Positions 23,895 to 38,100 of a stretch of 64,000 nucleotides of DNA are shown here, piece after piece (position 1 is the stretch's first letter; every line of letters starts with the position of its first letter). The stretch comes from Cetorhinus maximus (taxonomy: Eukaryota). The translations under genes were made by a program, and so were the position numbers. The notes under the pieces were generated by a model. The model was not told where the DNA came from, ran no database searches, and saw only the letters and a program-made list of their open reading frames with translations. The DNA lies in the NCBI RefSeq assembly GCF_964194155.1, contig NC_135901.1, positions 372,001-436,000 of the forward strand, in the 5' to 3' direction.

Positions 23895-24345
23895 GTGTGA
23901 CGTCCACAATGGAATTCCGCCTGAATCAGCCAATAGGAATCACTCTGCTCCGCGGTGACGTCCTCGGGTTCCAGTCTGCAGGCCAGGCGCGCGGACACGG
24001 GAGCCCCACCCCCACCCATTGTTCCCCGACTCCTCGAGCCAAGGTTTCCAGGTAACCGGCTGACGGCTCCAGCCAGAACGAGACGCCGCTCGGCGAACTC
24101 CTCCTCCCCCACACTGTCTACGGCGGCTGGCTGGTCCGAAAAGAGATCGAGCGCGACCGATGGCGGCAACTGCACTGCGCCTGCTCCGGACAGCGAAGGT
24201 CAGGTCAGCACCTCTTTCTGCGCCTGCGCGCTGGACTGTCAGCTGAGGGAGTGGAGGAGGGGAGTTTATAATCTGTGCTCCTTTATTTTCTTCCACGTCA
24301 TGTAGTTTGACTTTAAACAGCACCGGATTTGTTCTTAGCTTCACA
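23895..24345. promoter_or_regulatory. Bidirectional promoter copy 2 (between D and E)
   Basis: Inverted paralog of 6580-7090 with TGACGTC sites, CCAAT near 23930 and TGCGCCTGCGC motifs. Confidence 0.75.
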
Positions 24346-24348
24346 AAC

Positions 24349-25174
24349 GAGGGTAGGTCAGGTGGGCAGAGCAGTGGCAAATGGAATTCAACCCGGAAAA
24401 GTGTGAGTTAATGCACTTGGGGAGGGCTAACAAGGCGAGGATGACACTGTGAATGGCAGGACCACGGAAAGAACTGAAGATCAGAGGGACCTTGGTGCGC
24501 ATATCCACAGATCCCTGAGGGTAGCAGGGCAGGTAGATAAGGTGGTTAAGAAGGCATATGGGATACTTGCCTTTATTAGCCGAGGCATCGAATACAAGAA
24601 CAGGGAGGTTATGCTGGAACCGTATAAAACGCTGGTTAGGCTACAGCGAGAGTACTGTGTGCAGTTCTGGTCACCACATTATAGGAAGGATGTGATTGCA
24701 CTGGAGAGGGTGCAGAGGGAGATTTACCAGGATGCTGCCTAGGCTGGAGGGTCTGAGCTGTGAGGAGAGATTGGATAGGCTGGGGTTGTTTTCCTTGGAG
24801 CAGCGAAGGTTGAGAGGGGGCCTGAAAGAGGTGCATAAGATTATGAGGGGCATAGATAGGGTGGATATGAAGATACTTTTTCCATCAGCAGAGGGGTCAA
24901 TAAGGCAAGAGGTAGAAGGCTAAGAACAGAGTTGAGAAATTTTTTCACCCAGAGTCTAGTGAGGGTCTGGAACTCACTGCCTGAAAGGGTGGTTGAGTCA
25001 GAAACTCTGGTAACATTTAAGAGGTATTTAGATATTCACTTGCATTGCCATGGCCTCCAGGGCTATGGACCAAGTGCTGGAAAATGCGATTAGTGTAGCC
25101 AGATCTTTGTTGACCGGCGCGGACATGATGGGCTGAATGGCCTTCTTCTGTGCTGTAGACGTCTATGAGTCTAT
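24349..25174 (+). mobile_element. 5'-truncated CR1 LINE inserted in the putative first exon of gene E
   Basis: CR1 ORF2 C-terminus and tail, with aaac duplicated at 24345-24348 and 25175-25178. The flanks join to match uninterrupted 6551-6620. Confidence 0.88.
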
Positions 25175-26569
25175 AAACACAGTAAAACTTCCTCCTCTGT
25201 CCAACATCTGTGGGTAAAACACTTTCTTTCTTCCCCCTGGGAAATACAGAGATATGTGGGACTCTGTAACTGGAATTAGTGCCATAAATGCTGAGGAGTG
25301 AAATGCTTTGATTTTGTTGAACCTGTTTGAATTATATGAGCTATTTTAAGTCAAATTTATCCTGTCTATTCAAATACTATTTGCCTTTTAGTTTGAGAAT
25401 TACGGTAAATTTTTTTAAAAAGTGAAGCCTTGTCCTTCGGTTTATTCTGTTGGGGTTGTCTGGGAAATTGCTTATTTTAAGGGGATTGTAACGAGATCAA
25501 TATGTCAGTGTTGTTATATGATACATAGTAGATATATTGTTTATAGTTCTGTAATTTATTATTATTTCTAGTTTTGTAAAATAGTACGATAGCTACATTA
25601 TTTATTTCCAGCCATAGAGTCCTTATGGCACAGCGGGATTCCAGTCGGCAGCTCAAGTCCATGCTGAATCTCTGTAGGGCAATCCAGTCTGTCCCATTCC
25701 CCCTCTATATCCTGTTCCCTTGCAAGTTTATTTCCTTCAAGTGTTCATCCAGTTTCATTTGGAAATCGTTAATCATCACTGTTTCCATCACTCTCATAGG
25801 CAGCGAGTCCCAGGTCATGACCACTCGCTGTCTAAATAAAGTTCTTCCTCACATCCCACCATATCTTACCTAAGTAATACAGAACTTTATATCACACAAA
25901 TTTTTTGACCAAGATACACAAATACATATATAGGCTAGCAGCCTGCATGAAGATTTTCAGGTCTCTTGTGTACAGGACAGGAAGTGGTGAGCGTCAATCT
26001 GCTGATCAGCCTGGAATGACACCTTCATGAGAACTAGATGGATGTATATTATTTACAGAGGAGTGAGAATGGAGAGAGATTGTTGGGGTCAGATATTTAC
26101 AGGTTTTGGGGAATGAGAGAGGAAAGAATGTTCCACAGAAACTAGATTTTTCTTTTCTGAATTTCTACCCTGTACTGAAAGTGATGACTTTTGTAAACTC
26201 CATTTACAGAATATTAGAAGGGGAGGATTTGGAGACAGATACCAAACAAAGCGTCAAGGCCTGACAGAGTCACTCGATTGATTGGGACGTGAATACCATC
26301 AGCCTTTAAATCTAGATGGAGAAACATTTGTCTAGTCTGTCTCCTTCAAAAGGTTTTGAACATCAGTGCAACTAGAAAGGTACCAAGACACACACACACA
26401 CTTGAGTGAGAGTGTTCCAGTGAACTGACTGTGGAAAGAGCTTTAACCAGTCACACATCCTGAAAAAACATTGCATCATTCACAGTGGGGAGAACCGTAC
26501 AGATGTTCTTTTTGTGGGCAAGGCTTCAACTGATCATTGAATCTAGAGAGTCACAAGGACACCCTCACC

Positions 26570-27400
26570 ATGGAGAAACCATGGAAATGTGGTGTCTGTG
26601 GGAAGGCATTCCAGTTCCCATCTGGGCTGGAAACTCATCGACGCGTTCACACAGGGGAGAGGCCTTTCACCTGCTCTGAGTGTGGGAAGGGGTTCAGTCA
26701 GTCATCCCATCCGCAGACACACCAGAGAGTTCATGCTGGGGAGAGACCATTCACCTGCTCTGACTGTGGGAAGGGATTCAGTCAGTCATCCAATCTGGTG
26801 ACACACCAGAGAGTTCACGCTGGGGAGAGGTCATTCACCTGCTCTGATTGTGGGAAAGGATTCATTGATTCATCCGCCCTGCTGTTACACCAGCGAGTTC
26901 ACACTGGGGAGAGGCCATTCACCTGCTCTGAGTGTGGGAAGGGATATATTGATTCATCCACCCTGCTCGTACACCAGCGAGTTCACACTGGGGAGAGGCC
27001 GTTCACCTGCTCTGAGTGTGGCAAGGGATTCAATCAGTTATCCAGCCTTAAGACACACCTGTGCCTTCACACCAGTGAGAGACCATTCACATGCTCCGTA
27101 TGTGGGAAGAGATTCACTCATTCATTCAGCCTGCTGACACATCAACGCATTCACAATGGGGAGAGGCCATTCACCTGCTCTGAGTGTGGGAAAAAATTCA
27201 CTACTTCATCCAACCTGCAGAGACACCGGCGTGTTCACACTGAAGAGAGACCATTCGCCTGTTTTGAGTGTGGGAAAAGATTCACTCAGTTATCCAGCCT
27301 GCTGAGACACCAGCGGGTTCACACTGGGGAGAGGCCATTCATTTGCTCTGAGTGTGGGAAGGGATTCAGTGATTCATCTCACCTGCTGAGACACCAGTGA
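26570..27400 (+). CDS. C2H2 zinc-finger protein E, 9 complete fingers plus a truncated 10th, 276 aa
   Basis: accATGg MEKPWKC start. CGA>TGA at 27398-27400 lies 12 nt before the family stop. Confidence 0.88.
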   Translation: MEKPWKCGVCGKAFQFPSGLETHRRVHTGERPFTCSECGKGFSQSSHPQTHQRVHAGERPFTCSDCGKGFSQSSNLVTHQRVHAGERSFTCSDCGKGFIDSSALLLHQRVHTGERPFTCSECGKGYIDSSTLLVHQRVHTGERPFTCSECGKGFNQLSSLKTHLCLHTSERPFTCSVCGKRFTHSFSLLTHQRIHNGERPFTCSECGKKFTTSSNLQRHRRVHTEERPFACFECGKRFTQLSSLLRHQRVHTGERPFICSECGKGFSDSSHLLRHQ

Positions 27401-28205
27401 GTTCACAAGTGATTACAGGGGTTGGATTCTGCTGTTATTGCTGCTGTTAATCACATCCAGGACTGAACCATGTTCACTCTGACGGTTGGTGAAGTGGGAG
27501 GGTCAGAGGTTTCTTTCTGCTGGACAGGCCTCACAGCTTTGCTTCCAGTGGGCTGATGCTCTTTCAGCCTGTGAGTGCACGTTTCCACCGAAATGATCCA
27601 CAAAAGCTGGTGAAGTATATTTATTTTATCCTGGGTAGTAAATAGTGTTTTGCCCACCACTACAGGTATATCTAAAATAAATACATTTGTCTCTGTTCCA
27701 TTGAGTCTACAGCACAGGGACCAGGCCAGTCAGCTCAATCGGTCTATGTCAGTATTTATGTTCCAGATGAGCCTCCACTCCCCCCATCAGCATATCCTTC
27801 TATTCCTTTCTCCCTAATGTGTGTATCTAGCTTCCTCTTAAATATATTCATGCTATTCACCTCAACCACTCGCTGTGGTCGCAAGCTTCACATTCTCACC
27901 ACTTGCTGGGTAGAGAGGTTTCTCATGAAATGCCTATTGGATTATTGAGCCTCTTTATAATCTTAAAGACTTCCATCAGGTCACCCTTCAGTCTTCTCTT
28001 TTCTAGAGGAAGGCAGCCCAGCCTTTCCTGAGGGTTAAACGCTCTCAGTTCTGGTCTGATCCTTCTGAATATTTTTGCCACCTTCTCCGGTGTGTCTGTC
28101 TCCTTTCTCTAAATGGAGATCACAAATATTGACTGTCCTCCCAGTGTCGTCTAACCATGGTTCCAAACCAGTGGAAGATAACCTTCCTGCTTCTCAATTC
28201 TATCC

Positions 28206-30083
28206 ATAGAACCATAGAAAAGTTACGGTGCAGAAAGAGGCCATTCATCCCATCGTGTCTGCACCAGCCAAAAAAGAGAAATAAGAAACTAGCCGCTCAT
28301 TTTAACCCAAACTTTCTAGCACCTGGTCCGTAGCCTTGCAGGTTACAGCACTTCAGATGCAGGTCCAGGTAGCTTTTAAGTGAGTTGAGTGTTTCAGCCT
28401 CAACCACAAACTTAGGCAGTGAATTACAAACTACAATTTTATACATCATTACATCCCTGCTTTTGTATTCAATATTTCGCCCAATAAATGAAAGCATTCC
28501 ATATGCTTTCTTGACCATCTTGTCCACCTGTCTTGCCACCTTCAAGGCACTGTGGACATGCACTCCAGGGTCTCTCACTTCCTCAATCCCTCTCAATAGC
28601 TTCCCGATTATTGAACATTCCCTTGTTTTTTTTGCCCTCCCCAAATGCATTACTTCACGCTTTTCAGGATTGAATTCCATTTGCCACTTTTCCACCCATT
28701 CAACCAAACCATTGATATAATTCTGGAGTCAACAGCTATCCTCTTCAACTATCAACTACATGGCCAATTTTTGTGTCATCTACAAATTTCCCAATCATGC
28801 CTCCCACATTTAAGTCTAAATCATTAATATTTACAGCAAGGGCCCCAATACTGAGCCCTGTGGAACATCACTGGAAACCGTTTTCCATTCGCAAAAACAT
28901 TCATTGACCATTACCTTTAGTTTCCTGTTGCTGAACCAATTTTGGACCCAACCTGTCACTTTCCTGACAAGTCTGCTATGTGGGACCTTGTCAAATCCCT
29001 TACTGAAATCCTTGTAGACAACATCCACTGCACTATCCTCATAAATCTTCCTTGTTACTTCCTCAAAAAATTCTATTAAGTTAGTAACACAGGATCTTCC
29101 CCTAACAAAACCAGGCTGACTATCCCTGATCTATCCGTGTCTTTGCAAATGATAGTTTATTCTGCTCCTCAGAATTGTTTTCAATAATTTTCCCATCACT
29201 GAAGTCATACTGACTTGCCTATAATTTTCTGGCCTATCCCTCGCATCCTTTTCAACTAATGGTACAACGTTCACAGACCTCCAATCCTCTGGGACTTCAC
29301 CGGTATCTAGTGAGGATTGGAAAATGGTACTCAGAGCATCTGTTATTTCTTCCCTGGCTTCTTTCAACAGATTGGGATACAGTCCATCTGCCCTAGTGAT
29401 TTATCCACCTTCAAGGATGTCAGTCCCTCCATTACGTCCTCTCTCACTATGCTTATTGCATCCAATATTTCACTCTTCCCCTTTAACTACAATGTCTGCA
29501 TCATCCCTCTCCTTAGTGAAGACAGAGACAAAATACTCATTGAGAACCCTGCCCACATCTTCTACATCAACTCACAAGTTACCATGTACATCTCTGATAG
29601 GCCCTACCTTTTCCTTAGTTATTCTCTTGCTCTTAATGTACTGGTAAAACATCTTGGGATTTTCTTTGATTTTACCTGTCGACATTTTTTCTTATCCCCT
29701 CTCTGCTATCCTAATTTCCATTTTTACTTCACTCCTGTATTTTTTATACTCCTCTAGGCTTTCTACAGTATTAACTCTTTTGTGACTGTCAGAAGCTTTC
29801 TTTTTCTGCTTTATCTTGGCCTGTATGCTTCTGGATAATCAGGGGGCTCTATATTTGGCAGTACCACCCTTTTTCTTTGTGGGGACATGTCTACACTGTG
29901 CCCGTAGAATCTCACCTTTGAATGCCTCCCACTGATTTGACACAGTTCTTCCTTCTGCTAGCTGTATCCTGTCCACTCTCGCCAGCTCACCTCTGAGCTT
30001 TGTAAAATTTGTCTTCCCCCAATTTAGTACTTTTACTCCTGTTCCATCTTTGTCCTTTTCCATAATGATGCTAAGTCTAACTG
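28206..30083 (-). mobile_element. CR1 LINE, 5'-truncated, internally deleted
   Basis: VPEDWR..NVVP, DFSKGFDKVPH and VPQGSVLGP motifs. tatcc is duplicated at 28201-28205 and 30084-30088; the empty site is seen near 10800. Confidence 0.9.
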
Positions 30084-32184
30084 TATCCCTCTAAAAAGGA
30101 ACCCTATATATGGGCCCCACACTTTAGGAAAGATGTGATGTTCTCGGAGAGGGTGTCGAGGAGATTTTCGAGAACGGCACCAAGGATGAGGGACTTCAAT
30201 TAGCTGGAGAGACTGGAGCAGCTGAAATTGTTCTCTTCAGATCATAGAGTCATTTAGGCATAGAAGGAGGCCGTTCAGCCCGTCGAGTCCATGCCAGCTC
30301 TCTGTTGAGCAAACCAGCCAGTCCCATTGCGCTGTTCTACCCCGTAGCCCTGCAGGTTTATTTCCCTCGAATGTTCATCCAATTTCCTTTTGAAATCATT
30401 CATCATTTCCACTTCCAACACCCTCGTAGGCAGTGAGTTCCAGATCAATACCACTTGCTGTGTAAAAATGTTCTTCCTCACATCTCCTGCCCAAAACCTT
30501 AAATGTGTGTCCCTTCATCCCTGTACATCAGCTAATGGGAACAGCTTTTCTTTCTCCACCTTATCTAAACCTGTCATATTCCTGTACACCTCTATCAAAT
30601 CTTCCCTCAAACTCCCTTGCTCCAAGAAGAACAACCCAGGCCTGACATCTAAAAAAAAGGACAAACAAAATATGTTAATAGCTGAAATCAAATGGGACTG
30701 TTTGTTTTCTGTTTCAAAAGTATTATGAAAATATTGTACTGGACAGTGAAGGAACTGGAATAACTCATCAAGGGTGCAGTTCAATGGAATATATCAATCT
30801 GGTGCCCATATACATTGCCATGAATTCAGGGAAGTGTAGAGACAAAATAAGTGAGATATTTGTATCCTTTGCCTGTGAACATTTTTAAAAATAGAAAACC
30901 GCATTTGAAAGCCTGGCCACTACCTGAAATATCAGGACCATACTGGGGGAGATAATAGAAGATCTCGAGACTGTTACCCACTTTGATCTTTTCATGAGGT
31001 CACCTGAAAGTCAATAATATGTCATGATTTTGGGATAGCAGTGTGAGTGTACAGCTGTGATTTGTTACGTGTGAGACAACTAACAGCGGGAAATGCATGG
31101 TGAACGTGCGCTGAAGAACTGGTCCCAACCATGCACAGCTACCTGACACCCAGAATGACATTAAATGGTGATTGTGACCAGGGGAATGAGACAACATTTT
31201 GACATCATCAAGGATTTGACACATACTCCATAGTGAAACTGACTTTAAAACAACCAGGACAGAATTAAGTACACTGGTCATGGTCAATAAGTGAGTAACA
31301 TTAAATTAAAAAGGGATAAGAACTTGGACTGAACAATTAGAGGCTTAGCAGAAATAATACTCAGTAAGAACTAGCCACAAGTTGGATAGGGATAAAGAGA
31401 GAGCTGGAGAAACTTGTACATCTATGCTTGACTTGTTGCTCAAAGCATATGTCCTTATGTACTTGTAACTTAGAACTCATGATGCTCCTTCAGGAGGAGT
31501 AAAGATCAGGTCAATGTTACCCCAGCGGGGGCCAGAACAGAACTGGAAAATAACAGAGTGAAATTGAGTGAGGAGTCGGAGAGAGAGTTCTCTTCCCCTC
31601 AAGGTGTGGACTGTAAGAATGCTGGGGTACCCCTAATTTGGCATTTCTTGCTAATTAGCAAACGTTAAATTAAATTCTATGACTAGTTATGCATTTATTT
31701 TTAATTTGATTGTTACATTTCTCCTGCTTCTACTCCTGTTGTGATTACGCTTTGGGTAAAGATGGTTGACAAGTGACAGGATGGGAAATTGTGCTTTGGG
31801 TCTTCATTGACCGAATGTTTTATTGATCCAAAAGGTTTAAAAGGGGCCAAAGTTCAGCAGTAAATATAGCATAGCTGAGAACAGATGACTTGCTATATGC
31901 AGGGAGATAAACAGCTCCCAGAGGACTGAGTGTTAAGGCCACCATGTTTTCACTGGTTGGCCTGGGAACGCTGACTCCCTGTCCTGGGGATGGACCGTAG
32001 GGAAGCCAATTGTTTGAGAGTTTGACATGGCTGGACGGGTGTAGATGATTCAATGACGGGTTTTGTAATCGGTCCATTCAAATGATGGCTCGGCAATGAT
32101 TGGGTTAAGTCAATCTGCATAGACTTTGCGATGTAACAAAGTATAAGAAGGAATTCTACAAGAACGGAGATTTTTAGAGACAAG

Positions 32185-34365
32185 AACAAAAATTGCTGGA
32201 AAAACTCAGCAGGTTTGACACTATCTGTGGCAAGGAAGACAGAGTTAACATTTTGAGTCTGTAATACTCTTCATCAGAACTAAAGAGAAATAGAAATGTG
32301 GTGAAATATAAGCTGTTTAAGGGGGGTTGGACAGGTGGAGCTGGATAGAGGGCCAGTGATAGGTGGAGGCAAAGGAGAGATTGCCAAAGATGTCATAAAC
32401 AAAAGGTCAAAGGGGTGTTGACAGTGTTGACATTAGCTAAAGGATGTGCTAATGGTGACATTAAGGGTAGAAAGCAGGATGAGCAAGGTACAGATAGCCC
32501 TAGTGGGGGTGCGGTGGGGGGATACCATAAGATCATAAGACATAGGAGCAGAAATTAGGCCATTCGGCCCATCGAGTCTGCTCCGCCATTCAATCATGGC
32601 TGATAAGTTTCTCAACCCCATTCTCCCGCCTTCTCCACGTAACCTTTGATCCCCTTACCAATCAAGAACCTATCTATCTCGCTCTTAAATACACTCAATG
32701 ACTTGGCCTCCACAGCCTTCTGTGGCAATGAATTCCATAGATTCACCACTCTCTGGCTAAAGAAGTTTCTCCTCATCTCTGTTCTAAAAGGTCTTCCCTT
32801 TACTCTGAGGCTGTGCCCTCGGGTCCTAGTCTCTCCTACTAATGGGAACATCTTCTGCACGTCCACTCTATCAGTATTCTGTAAGTTTCAATCAGATCTC
32901 CCCCCTCATCCTTCTAAACACCATCGAGTATAGACCCAGAGTCCTCAAACGTTCCTCATATGTTAAGCCTTTCATTCCTGGGATCATTCTCTTGAACCTC
33001 CTCTGGACCCTCTCCAAGGCTAGCACATCCTTCCTGAGATACAGGGCCCAAAATTGCTCACAATATTCTAAATGTGGTCTGACAAGAGCCTTATAAAGCC
33101 TCAGCAGCACATCCCTGCTTTTATATTCTAGTCCTCTCGAAATAAATGCCAACGTTGCATTTGCCTTCCTAACTACCGCGTCAACCTGCAAGTTAACCTT
33201 AAGAGAATCCTGGACTAGGACTCCCAAGTCCCTTTGCACTCCAGATTTCTGAATTCTCTCCCCATTTAGAAAATAGTCTATGCCTCTATTCTTCCTACCA
33301 AAGTGCATGACCTCACACTTCCCCACGTTGTATTCCATCTGCCACTTCTTTTCCCATTCTCCTAACCTGTCCAAATCCTTCTGCAGCCTCCCTGCCTCCT
33401 CAATACTACCTGTCCCTCCACCTATCTTTGTATCATCTGCAAACTTAGTCAGGATGCCCTCAGTTCCTTCATCTAGATCATTAACGTATAAAGTGAAAAG
33501 TTGTGGTCCCAACACTGCCCCCTGCGGAACTCCACTAGTCACCGGCTGCCATCCTGAGAAGGACCCCCTTATCCCCACTCTCTGCCTCCTGCCAGACAGC
33601 CAATCTTCTATCCATGCTAGTACCTTGCCTCTAACACCATGGGCTCTTATCTTACTGAGCAGCCTCCTGTGCGGCACTTTGTCAAAGGCCTTCTGGAAGT
33701 CCAAGTAGATAACATCCATTGGCTCTCGTTTGTCTAACCTACTCGTTACCTCCTCAAAGAATTCTAACTGATTTGTCAGGCATGACCTCCCCTTGATGAA
33801 ACCATGCTCACTTTGCCCTAATTTACCATGCACTTCCAAGTATTCTGAAATCACATCCTTAATAATGGACTCTAAAATCTTACCACTAGGGAACAGGCAA
33901 TTCTAGATTTAGTGATGTGTAATGAGGCAGATTTGATAAGGGAGCTTAAGGTGAAGGAGCCCTTAGGAGGGAATCGAAATAGGCTAAAAGGTGGGGCTAA
34001 AACAATGTTGTCACCATTGTCACCTTAATGTCACCATTAGCACATCCTTTACCTAATATCACCACCGTCAACACCCCTTTGATCTTTTGTTTATGACATC
34101 TTTGGCAATCTCTCCTTTGCCTCCACCTATCACTGGCCCTCTATCCAGCTCTACCTGTCCCAACACCACCCGTCCCAACCCCCCTCACCCTTAAACTGCT
34201 TATATTTCACCACATTTTTATTTCTCTTTAGTTCTGATGAGGAGTCATACGGACTCGAAACATTAACTCTGCCTTCCTCGCCACAGATGCTGTCAGACCT
34301 GCTGAATTTTTCCAGCAATTTTTGTTTCAGATATCCAGCATCCGCAGTATCTTGCTTTTATCTTA
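32185..34365. mobile_element. Penelope-like element with inverted terminal repeats, split by a nested CR1
   Basis: 32185-32470 is the reverse complement of ~34020-34325, with hammerhead-like motifs at both ends. Confidence 0.75.
32525..33885 (-). mobile_element. Young CR1 LINE with open RT segment (320 aa)
   Basis: ORF 32892..33854: HGFIKGRSCLTN, YLDFQKAFDKVPH, GVPQGAVLGP, KFADD. Confidence 0.95.
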
Positions 34366-34564
34366 GAGATTTTTTAGAAGTTTTACATATTACATTGACT
34401 GGTGCCATGGCATCTGGGACAGACCAGGGAGCATTTACGTGGAGATGGTGCTTCTACCCAGAGTGTAATGGTAATGCTGCTGCACTTTGATACTACTGCT
34501 CAGACATGAGCAATTGTCAGGTCTCATTTATACTGACTAAAATCTAATCATTGTCGCCAATCAA

Positions 34565-35180
34565 TGTTATCACTGTGAATCATTTAAGAGTTTGGGAAAG
34601 GGGGACAAAGAGTTAATTAACTCCCTGAACCCCATTTTCTAACATCGCTGTGTCAAAAATAAAATCACATTCCCCCTCTCTGGCTCCTTTGCCAATTACC
34701 TTGGAGGGACTTACTTGCTGTTAAAGAGCCTGCCAACCCCTCTCACCCACTTTCCCTAAAGTGCATGAAGCTAATCATGAAAGGTCCAGAAAAATCAAAT
34801 ATTTTTATTGATAAAAGTTCATTAATGAAACAGAACTTTTTTTTAAAACGTAAATTACTTGAGGATCAAAGACAACCAGAGGTAAAAGGATTTGCACAAT
34901 GTTCTGAACCCAAATGGTTTCTCTTTAGCTCCTCTGTACGCTGTTCCTGTGACTCCCCGCTTTGGACACAGGGCCACTGAACCCTGAGGGGTCCCATCAC
35001 CAGCAGCCCCGGTCACCCCCCACTTCTTCCCCAATTGGCTAGAAGCCCATTTCCCAGTCAGCCAATCAGCATCTTCCCGTCTATTAGTCGACACCCATTG
35101 CAATTTCTTAACTGGGACGTAGGCCCCGTTATTCTCGGCTAAATTCAGCCCTCAGCTCCGTCGCCTGGCTGTCATTGACA
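34565..35180 (-). mobile_element. Probable LTR (paralog of 13840-14424)
   Basis: Reverse-complement match, TG...CA ends and adjacent tggcgac PBS-like motif. Confidence 0.5.
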
Positions 35181-38100
35181 TGAGCAATAGAGACAGAAAG
35201 AAAGGTCAAATGGGAATTGAAAACTTGTGCAAGTTGAAGCTTGAGGGAGTGCTGGACTGTTGGAACTGCTCTCTTCTGGATGAGAAGCCAACCCAAGGGC
35301 CCCGTCTGCCCCTTTGGGTGGACTTGGACGTTCCCCTGGCTACAATTTCAGAGAAGAGCAGGGACTGCTGTGTTTCCTAAATTACAACAGTGACTACACT
35401 TCAAAAAGTACTTCATTGGCTGTAAAGCACTTTGGGATGTATTGTGGTTGTGAACGGCCCTTACAAATGCAAGTTTTTAAATTCAAGTTTTGTGTTACCT
35501 CATCTTATGATCTGTAACTTAATCGATTTCAGCCACCCCCAACTTGCCAATTAATGAATTCACTTTGGTTCAGACAAGAATTTTGACAATTAAGGCAAAG
35601 GCAGAATTCTCTGGATTGTAAGTTTAAAAAAAGGTTTATTAAAAGAGAAAGGTTTACTTCACAACTTTAAAATAATGACTTTACAACCTCATGTGGTGAT
35701 CAGTGCATAAAAGTATAACCCTCTCTGGCTCCTTCTTTGACAGCAATTCTTATAGAATTCAGCCTCGGGAGTCTGGCTCCTTCTTTGACAGTAATTTTCT
35801 TGGAACTCAGCCTGGGGAATCTTCATACTTGGCTAACAAGGAAGACCTTCAGAACCTCTACTTTTATGTCCAATGTGACAATTACCCCGTGTCAGAGTGG
35901 GGCTTGTTGTAACATGACAATTGGTTAATTTAATTGGATCCCAAATTACTTACACCACCTTCTCTCATTATCTTAGACAGGAATACAATAGAACTGTTTC
36001 ATATGATCCCTTTATCTGATTCTATGTGATCCCTTATACAGTTCCAAATGTTGAGGCTAATCAGAATTTGAAGGTCTCTCTTGCCAGTACATTTATCTTC
36101 ATTGCACATTCTTTACATACACAGCAATTAAAGTATTATATTTTTACAGCAAATAAAACTCAGTCTTTTACTATAACTACTGATTCAGAATTGATTTATT
36201 AATTATAATTCAATTAAGGCTCACTACTTATTCAATCAGCTGTTACTGACTGGTAGCTAATTAATACAGTAATATTTAATTCATAGATTTGGTTGACACA
36301 AGAATGAGTGGTTCAAAAAGACAGTTTGCAGAAGACAATAGTTTCTTATTAATCTTGATTGGATTGAACAATGAGCCTTCTTGAACTGAACTTTGGTAGA
36401 ATATGATGTCCTATAACTTATCAAAATTAGAAAATAGTTTCTTTGTTTAAACAATTTGCATTGGGCCTGCAGGTTCTGGAAACATTTATGTTGATGCAGT
36501 TTTTATGATAAAAAAATAAAGATCCAGCCACGTTAGAGTTTAAAATGGCTTCCTTAACCTTGTTGCCTATAACAGTGAATACAGTGTGAAAGTGATTGAT
36601 TTTTAAAACTAAATTTAGCTACCCAGGCCTACCTACAGTTTCATGCATTACAACAGTGACTAGACTTCAGAAGTACTTCATTGGCTGTAAAAAGCTGTAG
36701 GAGGTCATGTGGTGGTGCAAGGTGCAAAGAAATGCAATTTTTTCCAATTGTCCACAAATTTGGATATATTACGTTTTGTCTGCACATCAAAATAACATGG
36801 ATTGAGTCTTAATTTTGTGCAATAACCTTGTCTTTGACAACATTTCAAACACTCTTGTGAAAATCCAAACATGCTGCATCCTGAATTATTTGTGTTGAAA
36901 CACAGCGAGTTTTGTGATGTGGAACGCACTGCCTGAAAATGGTGCAGAGAGCAGATTGGACTCTATCTGTCAAAACAGAATTGGGCAGATTCTTGAAAGG
37001 AAAATAAAATTGCAGGATTCTGGGATTAACTGGGTAGTTTCTCAAATATCTGACATGAACACGATGGGCCAAATGGCCTCCTTCTGTGCTCTGTGAGCCT
37101 TGTGTGCATTTAAAGTGAGTGGCAATGACCGAGAACCCACTTCCTATGAGTGTGCTAGAAGCAGAGATGATGGCATGATTTCTGAAGGAAATTGGATGGG
37201 CACTTCAGGGAAATGGAGCACTACAGGGATAGGACTGGGCAATGGGACTGACAGGTTTTCTCTACAGACAGTCAGCATGGACTCAAAGGGTCGAATGGCC
37301 CCATTCCCTACACTAATGACTCAATGATCTAATGAGAGAGATTTCAGCTGCTCCAGTCTTTCCAACTAACTGAAGTCCCTCATCCCTGGTGGCAATATCG
37401 TAAATCCTCGCTCCAGACTCCCTAGAACTTCGCAAATTTCCTTGAATGTGGGGCCCATGTGTAGGGCATTCTAGAGGGATAGAATGAAAAACACGGAGTT
37501 TATGTTCAACTAGTTCAGAACCATGGTTAGACTACACTGGGAGGATGGTCAACATTTGTGATCTCCATTTAGAGAAAGGAAATAAGGCACTGGAGGAGGG
37601 GAAACAAAGATTCACAAGAATAACACCTGAACTGAGAGTATTTAACCCTCAGGAAAGGCTGGGGCGCTATTCTCTAGAAAAGAGAAGACTGAAGGGTGAC
37701 CTGGTGGAAGTCTTTAAGATTATAAAGGGGTTCAATAATTCAATAGGGATTTCATGAGAAGCATCTTCATCCAACGAGTGGTGAGAATGTGGGACTCACT
37801 ACCACAGTGAGTGGTTGAGGTGAATAGTATGAATTCTTTTAAGGTGAAGCTTGATACATACATTAGGGAGAAAGGAATAGAAGGATATGCTGATGAGGGG
37901 AGATGAAGAGGGTGAGTGGAGGCTCATGTGAAGCATAAATACTGACAAAGACCAACTGATCCGACTGGCCTGGCCCCTGTGCTGTAGACTAATGGAATAG
38001 AGACAAATGTATTTATTTCAAATCTACCTGTAGTGGCAGGAAATACACTATTTACTATTCAGGATAAAATAAATATACTTCAACAGCTTTTGTGGATCAT

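Noticed and set aside
27413-27466. Conserved readthrough peptide [17 protein letters not shown] after the stop
   Set aside because: The frame is broken by deletions in B and F and by an immediate TAA in G.
32892-33854. Active or domesticated reverse transcriptase gene
   Set aside because: It is 5'-truncated, lacks an intact endonuclease, is frameshifted at the C-terminus and is nested in another element.
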